Origin: Pecten maximus
Lineage: Eukaryota
DNA length: 64,000 bases
Direction of reading: 5' to 3'
Assembly (NCBI RefSeq): GCF_902652985.1
Contig: NC_047023.1
Span: forward strand, 7,192,001-7,256,000
Shown here: piece by piece, positions 1 through 13,560 of the stretch
Position numbering within the stretch: the stretch's first letter is position 1
How the letters are laid out: every line of letters begins with the position of its first letter
The notes under the pieces: generated by a model
Databases searched by the model: none
Seen by the model: only the letters and a program-made list of their open reading frames with translations
What the model was told of the DNA's origin: nothing
Translations under genes and position numbers: made by a program

Positions 1-1080
1 AATTATGACAAGATGTTTTAGACGAATATGCTGTTTATGGTTTATTTTGCAGATTTAGCGAAACAGCTCTATGTAGGTCATAACACAGGCCACTGGGACC
101 TTTTGAATTTTTTTAACACACCTCATGGGCTGTCTCTAAGGCTGATACAAATAACACCTGGATTTTGTCAAAATTTGTTCGTGGGCAAAAATTCCACTGT
201 TCTTGTCAGATGTCCTTTCAATATTTTCGTGAAATTGAATTGCCCCCAAAAATAAAAATCTTACTTGCATATAAAGTTTCTCAGCTAAAATATCATTTTC
301 CACTTAACCACGTAACATTCATAGGATTGTGGCATTTTTATCCTTATTTTGAAATAATTGAATAATTGCATTGTTTTTTCAAAAATTCAAGACATCTAGA
401 AAATTAGCATGGAAAGGCATGGATAGGCAAAGATCAATCATGTCAATTTCATCAAATGATTATTTTTCCCACCCTGTGTCGTATCCTCTTAAGTAAAATA
501 CACTGTAAATGCTACATATTTGGATAGCTGTATTTTCTAACCATTTAATTAAATGTTGACAATATCTGTACCAAATGGTCGCATATATTTGTTTTGTTGG
601 TATTTCCCATTGAGGGCACTTGTCTATACTGCACAACGTATACTAGTAGTCAGAATATAGTCCCCCGTCCCCACATAATTATATACAACACTATATAATA
701 TCTAAAGATGACCTTGTGTTTGCTTAAAGAGACATATCTTGTCGTCATGAGTGTTACTGTTGAATGGCAAACATATATAGTTACGTCTTCGAATTCTTGC
801 ACATAATAAATCAGTTTAATAAAGGGAGATTTTTAGTATTACGATATACAGTGAACTCTAAAACTGTCGCTTTAACACTAATTTTTTGGCAGCTATTTCA
901 AATCTCTAAAATAAGTCCTTAAGTGGACTGTAAAGTGTATGTAAGGATATATATATAGGTATTGCGTAAATACAGTCTCTACAGTAGAAAATTAACGCCA
1001 AACGTTTTTTGACAATCAAAATCAACTTAAGTACCTGTCTTTCTGATTGCTTAACGTGATGACGTGACCCTGCTATCACA

Positions 1081-4000
1081 TGTGCTTATGCTGCAGAAAG
1101 TATATATGAGCTGTTTTATGACACACTGTTTCTTCCGAGGAAGTATGATTAAAGACGCAAACAAGCAACGCTTGATTTGAAGCAAAGAAATAAACTTGGA
1201 GCATGTTGAACGAATGATGACATAATAAGTAGCAAGCGTCTCGTAAAATACATACACGATGTGCACATGGTGTCTAATAGGCGCTTGAAAGTTGTCTGTC
1301 TTTGCTAAAACAGTCAGAAGTATAGTGACATTCATAGTCCATTACTGACATTAAACGGTTATTCTTTATTTTCAGAAGCTACCATCATCAGAGAAGTACG
1401 ATAAAGGTTGGTGCTTCATCCCCAGAACAGCCTTTGGAGTCCACAAATAAACAAATACCATCCTTTATCCTTTTTATGCAGTCATCATTGTGATTATAGA
1501 TAAAGGAGGTACCTTTTTATTCATGTACATTGTGTCCCAAGCGAATCTTGATACTCTAAGATAGTTATGAATTTTTAAAATTTCTGTTCTGTACACGAAA
1601 ATGCTGTCGACATCAGATGGAAAAATGGGTGAACAGGTTGGATAACCTATTGGTTGGTATGAACATCAAATACAAAGTCAGGAAACGTGTATTGTTCTTA
1701 CATTTTGCTGGAGATGAAGTCAATGACATTTTCGATACTCTACCCTACACAGGCAACGACTATAAAACTGCTGTTGAAAGATTAACAGAGTACTTTGCGT
1801 CGAGGAAAACAGAGAATTTGAAGTTTTCAAATTCCGCCAAACAAGACAAATGTCCAGTGAGAATATTGACAGTTTCCACACCAGACTGAGACAACTAGGA
1901 CAAAACTGTGAATTTGTTGATTGTGGCAAGGAGATCAAATCACAAATAATTCAGGGATGCAGTTCAACCAACCAGACTTCGGAGAAGAGCGCTACAGAAG
2001 GACGTTGGTCTTCATAAATTAATAGCAATAGCGATGGCCCAAAGTATGGAGATTTCACACCTACTAGCTCAGGAAATTGAAAAAAATTACCGTGCCTACC
2101 CAGAGAGAGAAGCCACGAACGCTGTAAAAAAGAAATAAATCAAATTACAAGTGGAGGAATTTTTCCTCACAAAGATAAGCCCTGTCCAGCAAAAGGGAAA
2201 GTATGTCACTCTTGTAAAAAGAACAATCATTTTTTGAAATTATGCAAATTGAAAAAACTTCATAAACAAGTAGAAGACAAAACAAGTCAACCATGCACTG
2301 AAAGTTCATCAGACGAAGACCATCTTATGGTTCAACGACAGTAAACCAGGTTAAATCAAAACAACCCAAAACTGTGGTAACTGTTGATGGATTGACACAG
2401 GAATAAGCATCAATGTCATGGAGGAAACAAGTTACAACAAAATCAGAAATAAGGAAAAGCTACAGAAAGCATCAACAAAACTGTTTGCGTATAGCTCAAC
2501 AAAACCTTTACCTGTAATTGGAACTTTTGTTGCAAGCATAGAAAGTAAACAGAGACTTGTCATTGCGCTATTCTATGTAGTAAAGGGATGCAACGGAAAC
2601 TTACTGAACTATGAAACGTCAGTAAATCTTCAACTCGTACCTGTTATATCGGAACACATAGAGGATCTATGCGAAAAATACCCATCAATTTTCGAGGGTA
2701 TCGGAAAATTGGAAAACACCCAGGTAGATATTGTATACACATTGATGAAAATGTTAAACCTGTAACTCAACCACACAGACGTATTTTCTTTCAGGTTGGA
2801 AAACATGTAGAAGCTGAGCTAGCAAACTTGAAAAGCTTGAAATCATTGAGACAGTGACAGGACAAACAGATTGGGTATCCCCGATCGTCGTGGTTCCTAA
2901 ACCCAGAAGTCCAGGATGTGTGTAGACATAAGACTACCCAATAAGGCTATACAAAGAGAAAGACACATCACACCGACTATCGATGACTTGATAGTAGATT
3001 TAAATGGTGCAAATGTTTTCTCAAAACTAGACCTCAGAGAAGGATATCATCAACTAGATTTAACAGAAAAAGCTAGAATTATCACAACATTCTCAAAACA
3101 CGTTGGACTTCGAAGATACAAACGACTGAGTTTTGGTGTATCATCAGCAGCAGAAATTTTCCAAGATAATAAGATACGTTACGAACATGTCTGGAAGATC
3201 TCAAAGTTGTAAGAAATGTCAGCGATGGTATAATTGTTTTTGGCAGAACCCAAGAAAAACATCACAGAAATCTCGAAGCAGTATCTCTAAGGTTGAAGGA
3301 AAGACATTAACACTTAATAAAACAAGCGGAGTTCAACAAGAAAAGGCTATGTATGGGTACATATTTGGAGCGGAAGGACTATCTGCTGATCCTAAAAAGG
3401 TTGAATCAATAAAGAACGCCGCTACTCCAACAAACATATCAGAGGTACGAAGCTTCCTGGGTATGACAAACTACGTTGGACGATTCATACCCGACTATTC
3501 TACTACAACAGGACCGCTAAGGAGATTGAAAAAAAAAGTACAACGCCATGGAAATGGACAGACAGTCAGCATAAAGCGTTTGAAAGCTCAAACAAGACCT
3601 GACTAGTGACACTGTGATGTCGTTTTTCGACCAGACGAAGCTGACTAATCTTGTAGTGGATGCAAGTCAGGTTGGATTAGGTGCTGTCTTATCCCAAGAA
3701 GGAAAGATTATCGCATACGCAAGCAAAGCTTTGACAGATGTTGAACAGCGATACTCACAGACAGAGAGAGAGGCACTAGCTATTGTGTGGAGTTGTGAAC
3801 ATTTTCATCTGTATCTCTATCGACATACATTTACAATCATCAGTGACCATAAACCACTAGAGTGCATCTTTAATAATCCAAAATCAGAACCACCAGCAAG
3901 GATCGAGAGATGGCGATTAGGACTTCAACAATATGATTTCAAGGTTTTATACGAACCCGGCAAATTCAATGCAGCCGACAATATGTCAAGACATCCAAAA

Positions 4001-4556
4001 AGTTTACAAAGCGGTAAACACTCTGAAATAGCGGAAAGCTATATATGCTATATCGCAACCAACGCAGTATCTAAGGCAATGACACTCTACGAAATATGTA
4101 CGGCTACTAAGCAGGATATGGAAATGCAAATGATCATACAATCTGTCAAATTGGGAGTATGGAAAATACATTACAACAGCAAAACCCTGGAAACAAGAGT
4201 AGGCAGTAACCTGACAGTTGTTACTACAAAGGATGGTGAAGTGTTATTATGTGAAAAACAAACTGGTTATCCCAACATCAACGAGCAATAGAATTGAGCG
4301 ATTGGGGACATCAGGGAATTGTGAACGCAAACTAATTACTGCGGGGAAAAGTTTGGTTTCCCGGTGTAGACAAAGAAGTTCAAAATATGTGTAAGGGATG
4401 TATTCCGTGCCTTGCATCAGTACCTAAGACAACTACTGAACCATTGCGGACGACAGAACTTCCAGAAGCTCCGTGGACCAGAGTAAGCATGGATTTTTGT
4501 GAACCATTCCCGTTAGGATCATACTTAATGGTACTTGTGGATGATTACTCAAAGTA
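1081..4556 (+). mobile_element. Degenerate Ty3/Gypsy LTR retrotransposon (Mag-like), 3'-truncated inside integrase
   Basis: Frameshifted ORF pieces in Gypsy order. Gag: WVNRLDNLL..AGDEVNDIF, FKFRQ, Cys/His knuckles CPAKGKVCHSCKKNNHF near 2180-2245. Protease: DTG near 2393. RT: MCVDIRLPNKAI, FSKLDLREGYHQ, catalytic region decayed to VSDGI. RNase H: VVDASQVGLGAVL, YSQTEREALA. Integrase: HQGIV..VWFPG..CKGCIPC, MDF, VDDYSKY. Candidate 5' LTR TG...CA at about 1081-1267 with AATAAA, followed by PBS-like TGGTGTC at 1268; LTR limits are uncertain. No 3' LTR. Confidence 0.92.
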
Positions 4557-4925
4557 CCACGTGTCCTTTGTGGTACCACGAGTACTTTGAGGTATCACGT
4601 GTAATTTGTGGAACCAGGTGTACTCTGTGGTACCAAATGTATTTTGTGGAAAAACATGTACTCTGTGGTACCATGTGTACTTTCTGGTAGTACATGTACT
4701 CTGTGGTACCATGTGTACTTTCTGGTAGTACATGTACTATGTGGTACCATGTGTACTTTGTGGTACCACGTGTACTTTGTGGTCCCACGTGTAATTTGTA
4801 ATACAACGTTTACTTTGCGGTATCACGAGTACCTTGTGGTATCACGTGTACTTGTGGTACAACGTGTACTATGTGGTACAAGGTGTACTTGTGGTTCCAC
4901 GTGTAATTTGATGTACCACGTGTGT
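4553..4925. repeat. 19-bp minisatellite (TGGTACCACGTGTACTTTG-like)
   Basis: About 19 diverged tandem copies rich in GGTACC/CACGTG/GTAC palindromes; starts where integrase homology stops. Confidence 0.9.
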
Positions 4926-7900
4926 GATATTATTGATGTTGTTACACGCCCTGAGAACTTATAATAACTATGTTAAACGCTTTCTCCCACAGGCCACCCA
5001 CCAGGTGGCAATGAACAACAACAAAATCACAGCATATTCACAACGCACTGCACTATTGCCATTTATATATAAAATTTATATATGAAATGTCATCAATCAT
5101 TATTTTCTTCATACACTGGAATAATATTTAATACACAGAAACTTCCTTCTTTATTTCATTAAACACTGATCAGTGTTTTCTAATTTATTGGAAATACATG
5201 TATTACATCAATATTCCCCATAACCCATACAACTATTCTTGCGTCATAGTGAAAAAATGCCCTTATACTAAACAAACACATTTTATAACCCCCTCCCCCC
5301 CCCCCCCCCCCCCCCCCCCAAAAAAAAAGAAAAAAAAAAAAAAAAAAAACCCAATTTTTTCCCTCTGTCGTCGCCCAGTGCGCTGCCTGAACTGATACTC
5401 TGCGGTGTACACGGGTACAACTCCGTGTGTCACACTACCTAGCGGAATACCCGTGGGAGAAAGTAATTTCGTGCTAATTCATTTCATTCAAACGCGCGAA
5501 ATATGATTTCCAATGCAACAGTTATTGCTGAAGTGGAAAAGCTTACTTTTTTCTGAACGCGTGGTTTCATTTAATTGCGTTTTTCCCGAAGACTTTGAGT
5601 TCAATTATCACTCCTTTTGTTAATATTTTACCAGTGTTAAATATTTGTTTAGTTAGAATTACGATTCCGTATACACGTTGTTGTCAGTACTGTTCTAATT
5701 ATGATGCTGACGGCAACAAACAGTAGTCTGGATGGTTTACCTCAGGTTGCTCCGTGTAGGAATGAAAAGCTATATTCACGGTTGCGAGTTTCGCTTCCCG
5801 GCATAGGCCATTCAAATGTGCGCCGGAAGCAGAGTTTGTACCCAATAAATGCTGCTTGAGGGCCAACCTTTCCAAACATAATATAAGACATGTGATCAGT
5901 ATTCCCACAAAATTCATATTATGTGTGATGCTATTGTCAATTCATACATGGCGTCATTTGACTGATGTCACTGTATTAAGTGTAGTATTGACGCCGCAAA
6001 CATTCATGCTACCAGAAACGTTTGCGTTTACTCGTGACGTCATAAGAACAGGTCCAATTGGCAGACAGCGACATTTGACAATGGAATGCGGTAACAGTTT
6101 TACAAGTACAATAATGTACTTAAAAGGGAAACAGAAGTATTAAATCATTAATATCTATAATTCTCACATGATTGGAGACAGAATAAATACTGGGCTACTT
6201 CGATATTCCACTTCTTCTTGATATTTTATGCTAATTGTTCCCCTACAACGTTGTATTCCTCTCCTTGTCTTACTAAAGAATACTACTTAATACACGCGTG
6301 TATGTATGATATTTTTGAACGTACTCATGGTAAATGTTTGCATCTTATGAATGCTGGTACTGTGAAAGTGTTGTGTAATTTATCTTGAGATCCACTGGTT
6401 ATAAAGTAAACAAAAATAAATGTTAATTCGAAATATACTGTTTGCTGTTTATGTATAATAGCTTAATACCGACACTGGTCTGTAACGCAGGTGATTTGCG
6501 TTCGATGACGTGTCATCTATGACACAGGACACAATTATTTTCACAAACACATAATGTTATGTCTATTGTAATTTTTAAAGAGCCAAGATGTACATGCAAA
6601 TACATATGTAATGTTATCGACGTCTGAAATGTAGGTGTGCGAAGTACCATCTGAAAACAAATGTTTCATTAAGATCCATACTTAAACAAATGGTTTAAAA
6701 CGTGAGTTTTCGATTTCTGAAATACTTTAACGTAACAAGGCGAGGTTCAGCCTTAACGAAAGATATTTAGGGAAATGTCTTTGTCATCTACTTCTATCAC
6801 AAAGAGGTTCATTGTCAATGCTCATGTGAAATTTAATTAAACACGACCCCAAAGAAAGTAGCACAGCGCTTATGAACAGATTGACGAATCATATGACCAT
6901 ATAGAACGTTTTATGTTGTTTGTATTATGATCGAACCTGATATGTTGTGCTATCTCAGCAGATCATCGGAACATTTTATATTTAGTTGGAAATGGCCATG
7001 ACATGAAATGTTGAGTAGTATTTGCTATCACTCGATCGCTTATTTTAGATAGGTATGCAATTAAATCGGCACTCAATACACTCTGGTATACGTGCCCCAA
7101 TCATACCACATTGTATCAGCATATTACACTTTATTTTGAACAGTTTTAATAGATGAAATGATTGAAATGCTTGTGAACCCCCAGAAGATCTTTCATTCAG
7201 ATACTGTTGTATGATAACGACAACTGGCTATATTTAACGAGCATTTGGTCCACGAATAATTACGAATCATGATAGACACCAGTACTTGAACTTAACTATC
7301 AAAACACGCCAGCTTTGGAATGTAATACCAATTTAATCAATTAAAACATTTATGTGAAAACTCATATTCCTCTGAAGACCGATGAATTAGGCAATTGAAG
7401 TTTAATAAGTAGAATCGTTTGATGTTTTGATTGAACAGCAGTTCTGCTTAATGTGACGTGACGAGGAGAAGAAATGACGGCTTGTAATGACTACTTATCT
7501 GAATTCCAGTCGAGGATGGTCGACATCCCCATTAGATAATAACAATGTACAGCAAGGCATTTTACGTGTATTTCGCAGACGCATTCTTAAAGTAAGTCGT
7601 TAGTATAATCAACATTTTACAGGGTTTACTGTTTTGATAAAAGCTCACGCTATGCACATAAAAACATACCCTCCTTTTTACGCTCACCCTCAAACATACT
7701 GACACATTTAAATTATGTTGCATATGTTTTACCTATAGACCAAAGGAGAAATAAATACGCGTATCATAAACACGAAATTTTGAAAAAGCCCGTTTTTTTC
7801 AATGACTCTAATTGGTAGATTTCCTTGCAGATGTCTTGTTGTTTGAAGAAGATATGGATATTTTTTTTTTCAAAACGGCCACATATTTCTTAATAGCCTG

Positions 7901-9732
7901 ATTTCCAATTTTTAATTATTTGCACCGCCTGACTATATACTCAATATCACCCAAGTTTTAAGCTCAATCAAATCTGTGAAACCACTATCAATCAATCAAA
8001 AATAATAATGACAGTAATGATAATAAAAAAAACAACCCGCAATCGAATATTGTTGAAAGAGACATCATGGTAAATCATTATTTAGTTTTCATTTATTGTA
8101 AATGTTTTATACACTTCCAGTAGTATTGTTTTTATGCTATCTGGATATTCATGTCGATTTCCAGAGTCAAGCTAGCCAACACGATAAGGTCAGTAAACCC
8201 TTCTCAAATATATCGCTTATACATATTAGTTGGCTGTTTTGAAAAACATGCAGTCATTATGTAAACAGGAAGACCTGAGGCATCCACAGACATACGTTCA
8301 TCAAACATCTGTTTGTCGATATCAAATTTGGTTATAGTTGTGTTGATATTTGATAACTTAAAGTAAATTTATAATTATGAAAAGGTATCAAATTATATGT
8401 GTAAACATACTTTCACATTCGCCTGTTTCTCAATACAGACTTAGCGGCAATGTCCAAGAATTTTAACCGCGACTATTATGGACAGGTCCAATCTGATGAA
8501 CAGGTTGCTCCTCCAGCTAAATGGTAGATATTTCTCTAATCCATATTGCCATCTTGTCTTTAATTAATGACGCTCTTACCTCTTAGAGAGGTTGACTTAC
8601 TTAGGAAGCCATTTTTCTACAAATTTGTGTGTTGTGTTGTGTTATGCATTATCATAGATTTGACGCAAAAACACATATCAAGACTGTTGATCAACAACAA
8701 GAGATTATATTTTTATAAGTGTTAACTCCAATTTTTAATCATTATGAACAAAAATTAATTGTCATAATTCATAAGAATACACACTATATATATATATTGA
8801 AAGTAAAAAAAAAAAAAAAGGGGGGGGGGGGGGGGGGAGGAAAAAAAGGAACAACATGCATTAGGGCGAGGTTCAGCTTTTACGAAAGAACCTTTTTACC
8901 TGCTTGTCACTTTCATCAGAGAAATTAACATTCGTTTTGTAATACAGGTTTTCAATTTCAATTAAGTTCACTGGTAATTATGCTGTTTCTGATTTTCATT
9001 TCAATTGAAGCCTGTGAAAATGTAAATATGGGATGCATGAAATGCGTCTTTTAATCACGGTTTCTATGGCATATATATCGCAATTACGTTCAGACACAAG
9101 CGTATAAGGGCATTTTATCTCGTTTAAACAATTGTTAACGTGTTAAAAATGTAATATGTTTAATTAACTGTCAAAAGCCAATGCCAGGAATGTAGCTTAT
9201 GCTATACGCTATCAATCTCTAGAATTGTGATCCAATTAAATTTACATCCAATAGGAAATTAAGTTTTCTAGATCTGCAAATTAACTTTAGAAATATTGAG
9301 GTAGGTCAAGGTTAGCAATGATGTGTTCCGTATTGCAATCTGTACGAGATTAAGATAAAGATGAAGCTATAAGTCAGGAGACTTATAACCGTCATCTAAA
9401 TCTGGAATGAAAAAAAAGCACAAGGAGCCTTATTACAGTCATCAGACGCCGGGATACAAATAAATACCAGGAGCCATCTGAAGCTTCAATACAACTACAA
9501 ACAGTCATCCGAATTCCTTGAATACCACAAGATCTAACATCCAGGGATTTCATAATGTTTTGGGCATTAGGAGATTAAAACTCTTTCACTTTCATCGAAA
9601 ACTGAATCCCATTTATTCAACATCTGATGTATGGCTATTGTATTGCAGATTCATACTTGATGTTATAATGCTTAGAATGATATTTAGAAGTTTGGATGAA
9701 GGTTTGGTTGTCCAATGGGACGAGCCCTGAAA

Positions 9733-10634
9733 TTGTGGATATCCTAAATTCAAAGCATTTTAAGATATCATAAATTCGAATTATGGATATCCAAAATTAA
9801 TTTATAGATATCCAAAATTCGAATTGATGATATCCAAATATCATTTCTTGATATCTTTAAATCGAATTTTGGATATCTTCAAATGCTTTGAATTTAGGAT
9901 ATCCATAATTCGAGTTTTGGATATCCATAAATCGGGGAAATGTTAATATTTTACTGTCTAATGATTTCTCCCTGCTACATCCTGTTCCCGCGGGCGCGTT
10001 TTTTCTTAGGATCGGAAGTCCTCGGACTCTAAGATGGAGCGAATGGTGTCAAGTGCTTTAAATCTTCCCCCTAATGTGCCGCAGTATGTCTGTCGCCATG
10101 TTCTGTTTTGTACAAATTCCTCCGTTGACTTGTCGGAGCACCCTAAGTAGTAACTTTTGGTAAATGTTGTATGTAAGGGCCTAACTGTCTGGGGAAGTTT
10201 GTCCTTTGGAACTCCTCTGCTGTATTCTATTTCGTAAACGTTGTTTCCGGTCCATTACCGGTATTTACAAGTTCGTAACAAGGGCTCGGTTTTGACCGGT
10301 AGTAGTGCCGGGAGCAATCCAATTTGATAACACTGAGCATTTTTGGATATCACAAAATCGGATTATGGATATCCAAAAATACATGGAATTTAGGATATCC
10401 ATAATTCGAATTTTGGATATCCAAAAATGAATTATGGATATCCTAAATTCGAATTATGGATATCCAAAAATGAATTAAGGATATCCAAAATTCGAATTAT
10501 GGATATCCTAAATTCAAAACATTTTAAGATATCCTAAATTCTAATTATGGATATCCAGAAATGAATTATGGATATCCTAAATTCGAATTATAGATATCCA
10601 GTTTTGTTAATAAATAGTAAAACGGCACCCCATA
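9733..10634. mobile_element. Non-autonomous DNA element with GGATATCC palindrome arrays and a TATGG-type terminus
   Basis: Two arms of ~22-bp GAATTATGGATATCCAAAATTC-like units flank a ~400-bp unique core (about 9935-10335). The right end reverse-complements to TATGGGGTGCCGTTTTACTATTTA, nearly identical to the terminus at 60044. Left terminus not seen. Confidence 0.75.
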
Positions 10635-11199
10635 TGAATAAGCATACACTATGGTATAATATTCAATCCGTAACTCCAATATATATAAAGGAAAACCTCT
10701 TGTATGAATACGTATTCAATAGTGCATATACCCCCTCCTCAGTATTTCTCTTCTTGATGATGTGACCTTAACCAGACCGCACGTCGACATACAAAGCGAG
10801 TGTCGTCGAAGACACCTAAGACACGTACCATGTCATTACTTTTAATTTGTACTTTTCGAATGCTCCCCATACAAATATATGTTAGTTCCTTGTTTGATTA
10901 CTATTCAGTTATAACTTCAGTTTTGCTTGCTATTCGGTTTTCTCTATTTTTCGTATTTAGTGTCATTAACCACAGCTTTAAAGATACGTGTATATGATTG
11001 AAGAACAACAAGGAGTTGCCCGTAGGTCATTCGGCTGTTGCAGGGACTAGATGAAAGGTTGTTTTGGTGATGTATATTGATACTAGAAAGGAACAAAGTT
11101 ATAAAATGAAATATTCGTGTATAAATATAAATATATGAGGACAATTTTGTAAACAGACAAAATATGGACCGATAATTGTTATATATATTAATATGATAT

Positions 11200-11740
11200 G
11201 CTACATGTATCTTTCGTTGCTTGTTAATTCGACCAGGCGTGGTGTCATCTTGAGTGTCGTCAGCAGTAAACCTCAGTGAGATAACGCTATAAAGTAGGCA
11301 TATCACAGCCTACTACAACACACACCTGGCCCTACACGCATGTTTGTACACAAGGAAGGTCATGGATAAAAACAATGCAAGACTTAACCATCGCTGCTTG
11401 TATTTGGCGCACTGTCTGAAAAGACGTAGCGTGTCTGACGGGTATCAGCATTGGCCTATACGTAAGGTCTGTCTGCAGACATATCCACAGTAGTTTAATA
11501 GTTGTCTTTTGATAGCGTTTTACGATTCTCTTTATGTTGTCGGGTGTTAATACGATTTGGGACGTAATTGCAACTGTAAAATGTTGTTTACCTTTCGACA
11601 TTAACTGTTTTTGCAAATACCAGGTATAAATACTTCATTTTCAGACGGAAACAGCCTTATTGCGTACCCAATGAGGCGATGTCCATACCAACTGTCGGGA
11701 CAAGTCTGGGCAATTGCGTGTCTTCTGACACATACATATC
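11200..11740 (-). pseudogene. Putative decayed second exon of a secreted Cys-rich protein
   Basis: Acceptor tttcag|GA at 11740, phase 1. Reads YVCVRRHAIAQTCPDSWYGHRLIGYAIRLFPSENEVFIPGICKNS*CRK, then after a frameshift ...PSLCTNMRVGPGVCCSRL*YAYFIALS. Several in-frame stops. Confidence 0.3.
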
Positions 11741-12623
11741 CTGAAATGTTTTCTTAAGATAATGGTATTATCATCTAAAACTAAAGTCTATCGTCAGAAA
11801 AAAAATATGAAAAAACAATATGAATAAATAAAAAAAATAAAAAATAACGAATTTTATTTGACACTTGACTTCACAAAATTGTTTAAGAGCCCATTATTAG
11901 AATAAAAATGCATTGTAATGCTGTTGCGTAAACATATACTAAAGTACACATTGCCCTCATTTGCTTTGGTTGTGGATGATACTTGAAATTATACTGTCAT
12001 TACGTCTAATCGCTCAACTGGATATTGGTCCTTTAGGAAATCCGGTAGCATACTTAAACATGTTTCGTTAGCTGAAAAATTGCCCCGTGGCACATCTCTC
12101 TATACCAATCTCACGTGAACGATTAGGTTACCTAGGGTGTTTAAACACTACTCCGACCCTGATAATTAATGTTAAGTGAACATTATTAAGACAATATGTC
12201 GCCAGGTAATAACAGAAGGCGATATGTCTAGCCAGATAACAACAGGAGTCCTTAACAACATCAATTTATTTCAACCCTTTTACCATATAAGGCGTTTTTT
12301 AGAATGAAGGCGAGATGTAATTGTTTTGATAAAAAATGTCTCCCGTGGAGATAAAGATATAGATATTGTGGTCATTAAAGCCGTTTATGATTTATCAAGT
12401 ACTCGTGTAGGCGAAACGTTACAATGCACATAATTGCATGTTATTGATACATGACACGCCCCTACTGGCCAACATTATCTCGTTCTTATATGAATTGCAA
12501 CTGGTACCAGGTATATAAACAAGCGTTAATATGGTTGCTCTTTCGAGGTCCAATTAAGTGGCGTAATACTGGTTTTACTGTTTGTGCAACCGACTGGGAG
12601 TTTTATATACAATTCTTTCTGGT

Positions 12624-12627
<4 letters not shown>

Positions 12628-12663
<36 letters not shown>
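12628..12663. repeat. (TA)n microsatellite
   Basis: Direct reading. Confidence 0.95.
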
Positions 12664-12664
<1 letters not shown>

Positions 12665-13239
12665 CTTAGAAACACAAATGACGAAGGAAGACAACTTTTT
12701 GACTCGTGTCCTTACCGGGCACCGAACTCACGATCTACGTCAACGTCATTAGGGTCATTAGGGTTCAAAATTCAAAGACAAAGTGGTAATCAGACTATTA
12801 CGCTTGTTCTTGAAGGGGGTGGGGGGTTAGAATAACACAAACCAAAACAAACAAACGAAGATTTTACCAGTATTTACATTTCAATTTGCCCAGCAAATAT
12901 AGGGATGAAAAGAATAAAATTCACATCATAGAAAATGTTAAATGTATATTTTGTTTTCTTTCGATTATTTTTTTATGTCCTCATATCGGACGTCAGTTTT
13001 AGCTATATTGGCAGATAATTATGTGGGATATATTGCCATATTACGGGGCCTTTGCTGACCTGTCTATGTTTCAGATTTTTCAATAGTTTTTTTTTCCCCG
13101 TCGTTCTGTTATAAAGAAAACAACTAATGATTATGGAACTACATTCAGTGTGCACCGATTTACCTCTAAGGTGTCATATATATTCACTGGGACTCCGATC
13201 CGGGATTTTGTCGCAGTCTTTTCGTATCTTACCTACATG

Positions 13240-13560
13240 AAGATGCATCGCACTCCGTCCGTCGTCTTTTACCGTCAGATGAGCGTAAATTATCAAAACT
13301 TCTTCTCCAGTCTCGCCAAAGAGATAGATCTAGAGTTGGCCAAAACTGATTCTGCGATGTACTTATTCCTCAGATAGGTATAATCCAGCTAGACCGTCAT
13401 GGCTGCTGTTGTGAAAAACACACTTAAATCTTCGCCAGTTTAACAAGTGCAAATAAGAAAAAAAAGCAATTTCAAGGAATTGTCAAAACTTCAACGAGTT
13501 GAACTATAAAAGTCCAATGATGTTTTATCGTCAGATGATCGTACTTGAGCCTCTTGTTAT
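13240..13560 (+). mobile_element. Decayed Helentron/pearl-like non-autonomous element
   Basis: TCCGTCCGTCGTC microsatellite, CTTCTTCTCC motif and a ...TCAGATGA..GAGCCTCTTGTT end resembling the reverse of the terminus near 59570. Confidence 0.4.

Noticed and set aside
1-492. Right end of a TTAA-type (Kolobok-like) element ending ..TATCCTCTTAA
   Set aside because: The other terminus is outside the window, so TIR and TSD cannot be verified.
5288-5350. Poly-C/poly-A run (and poly-A/poly-G at 8805-8847) with low-complexity ORFs
   Set aside because: Simple homopolymers of unreliable length; the PPPP/KKKK/GGGG ORFs are artefacts.
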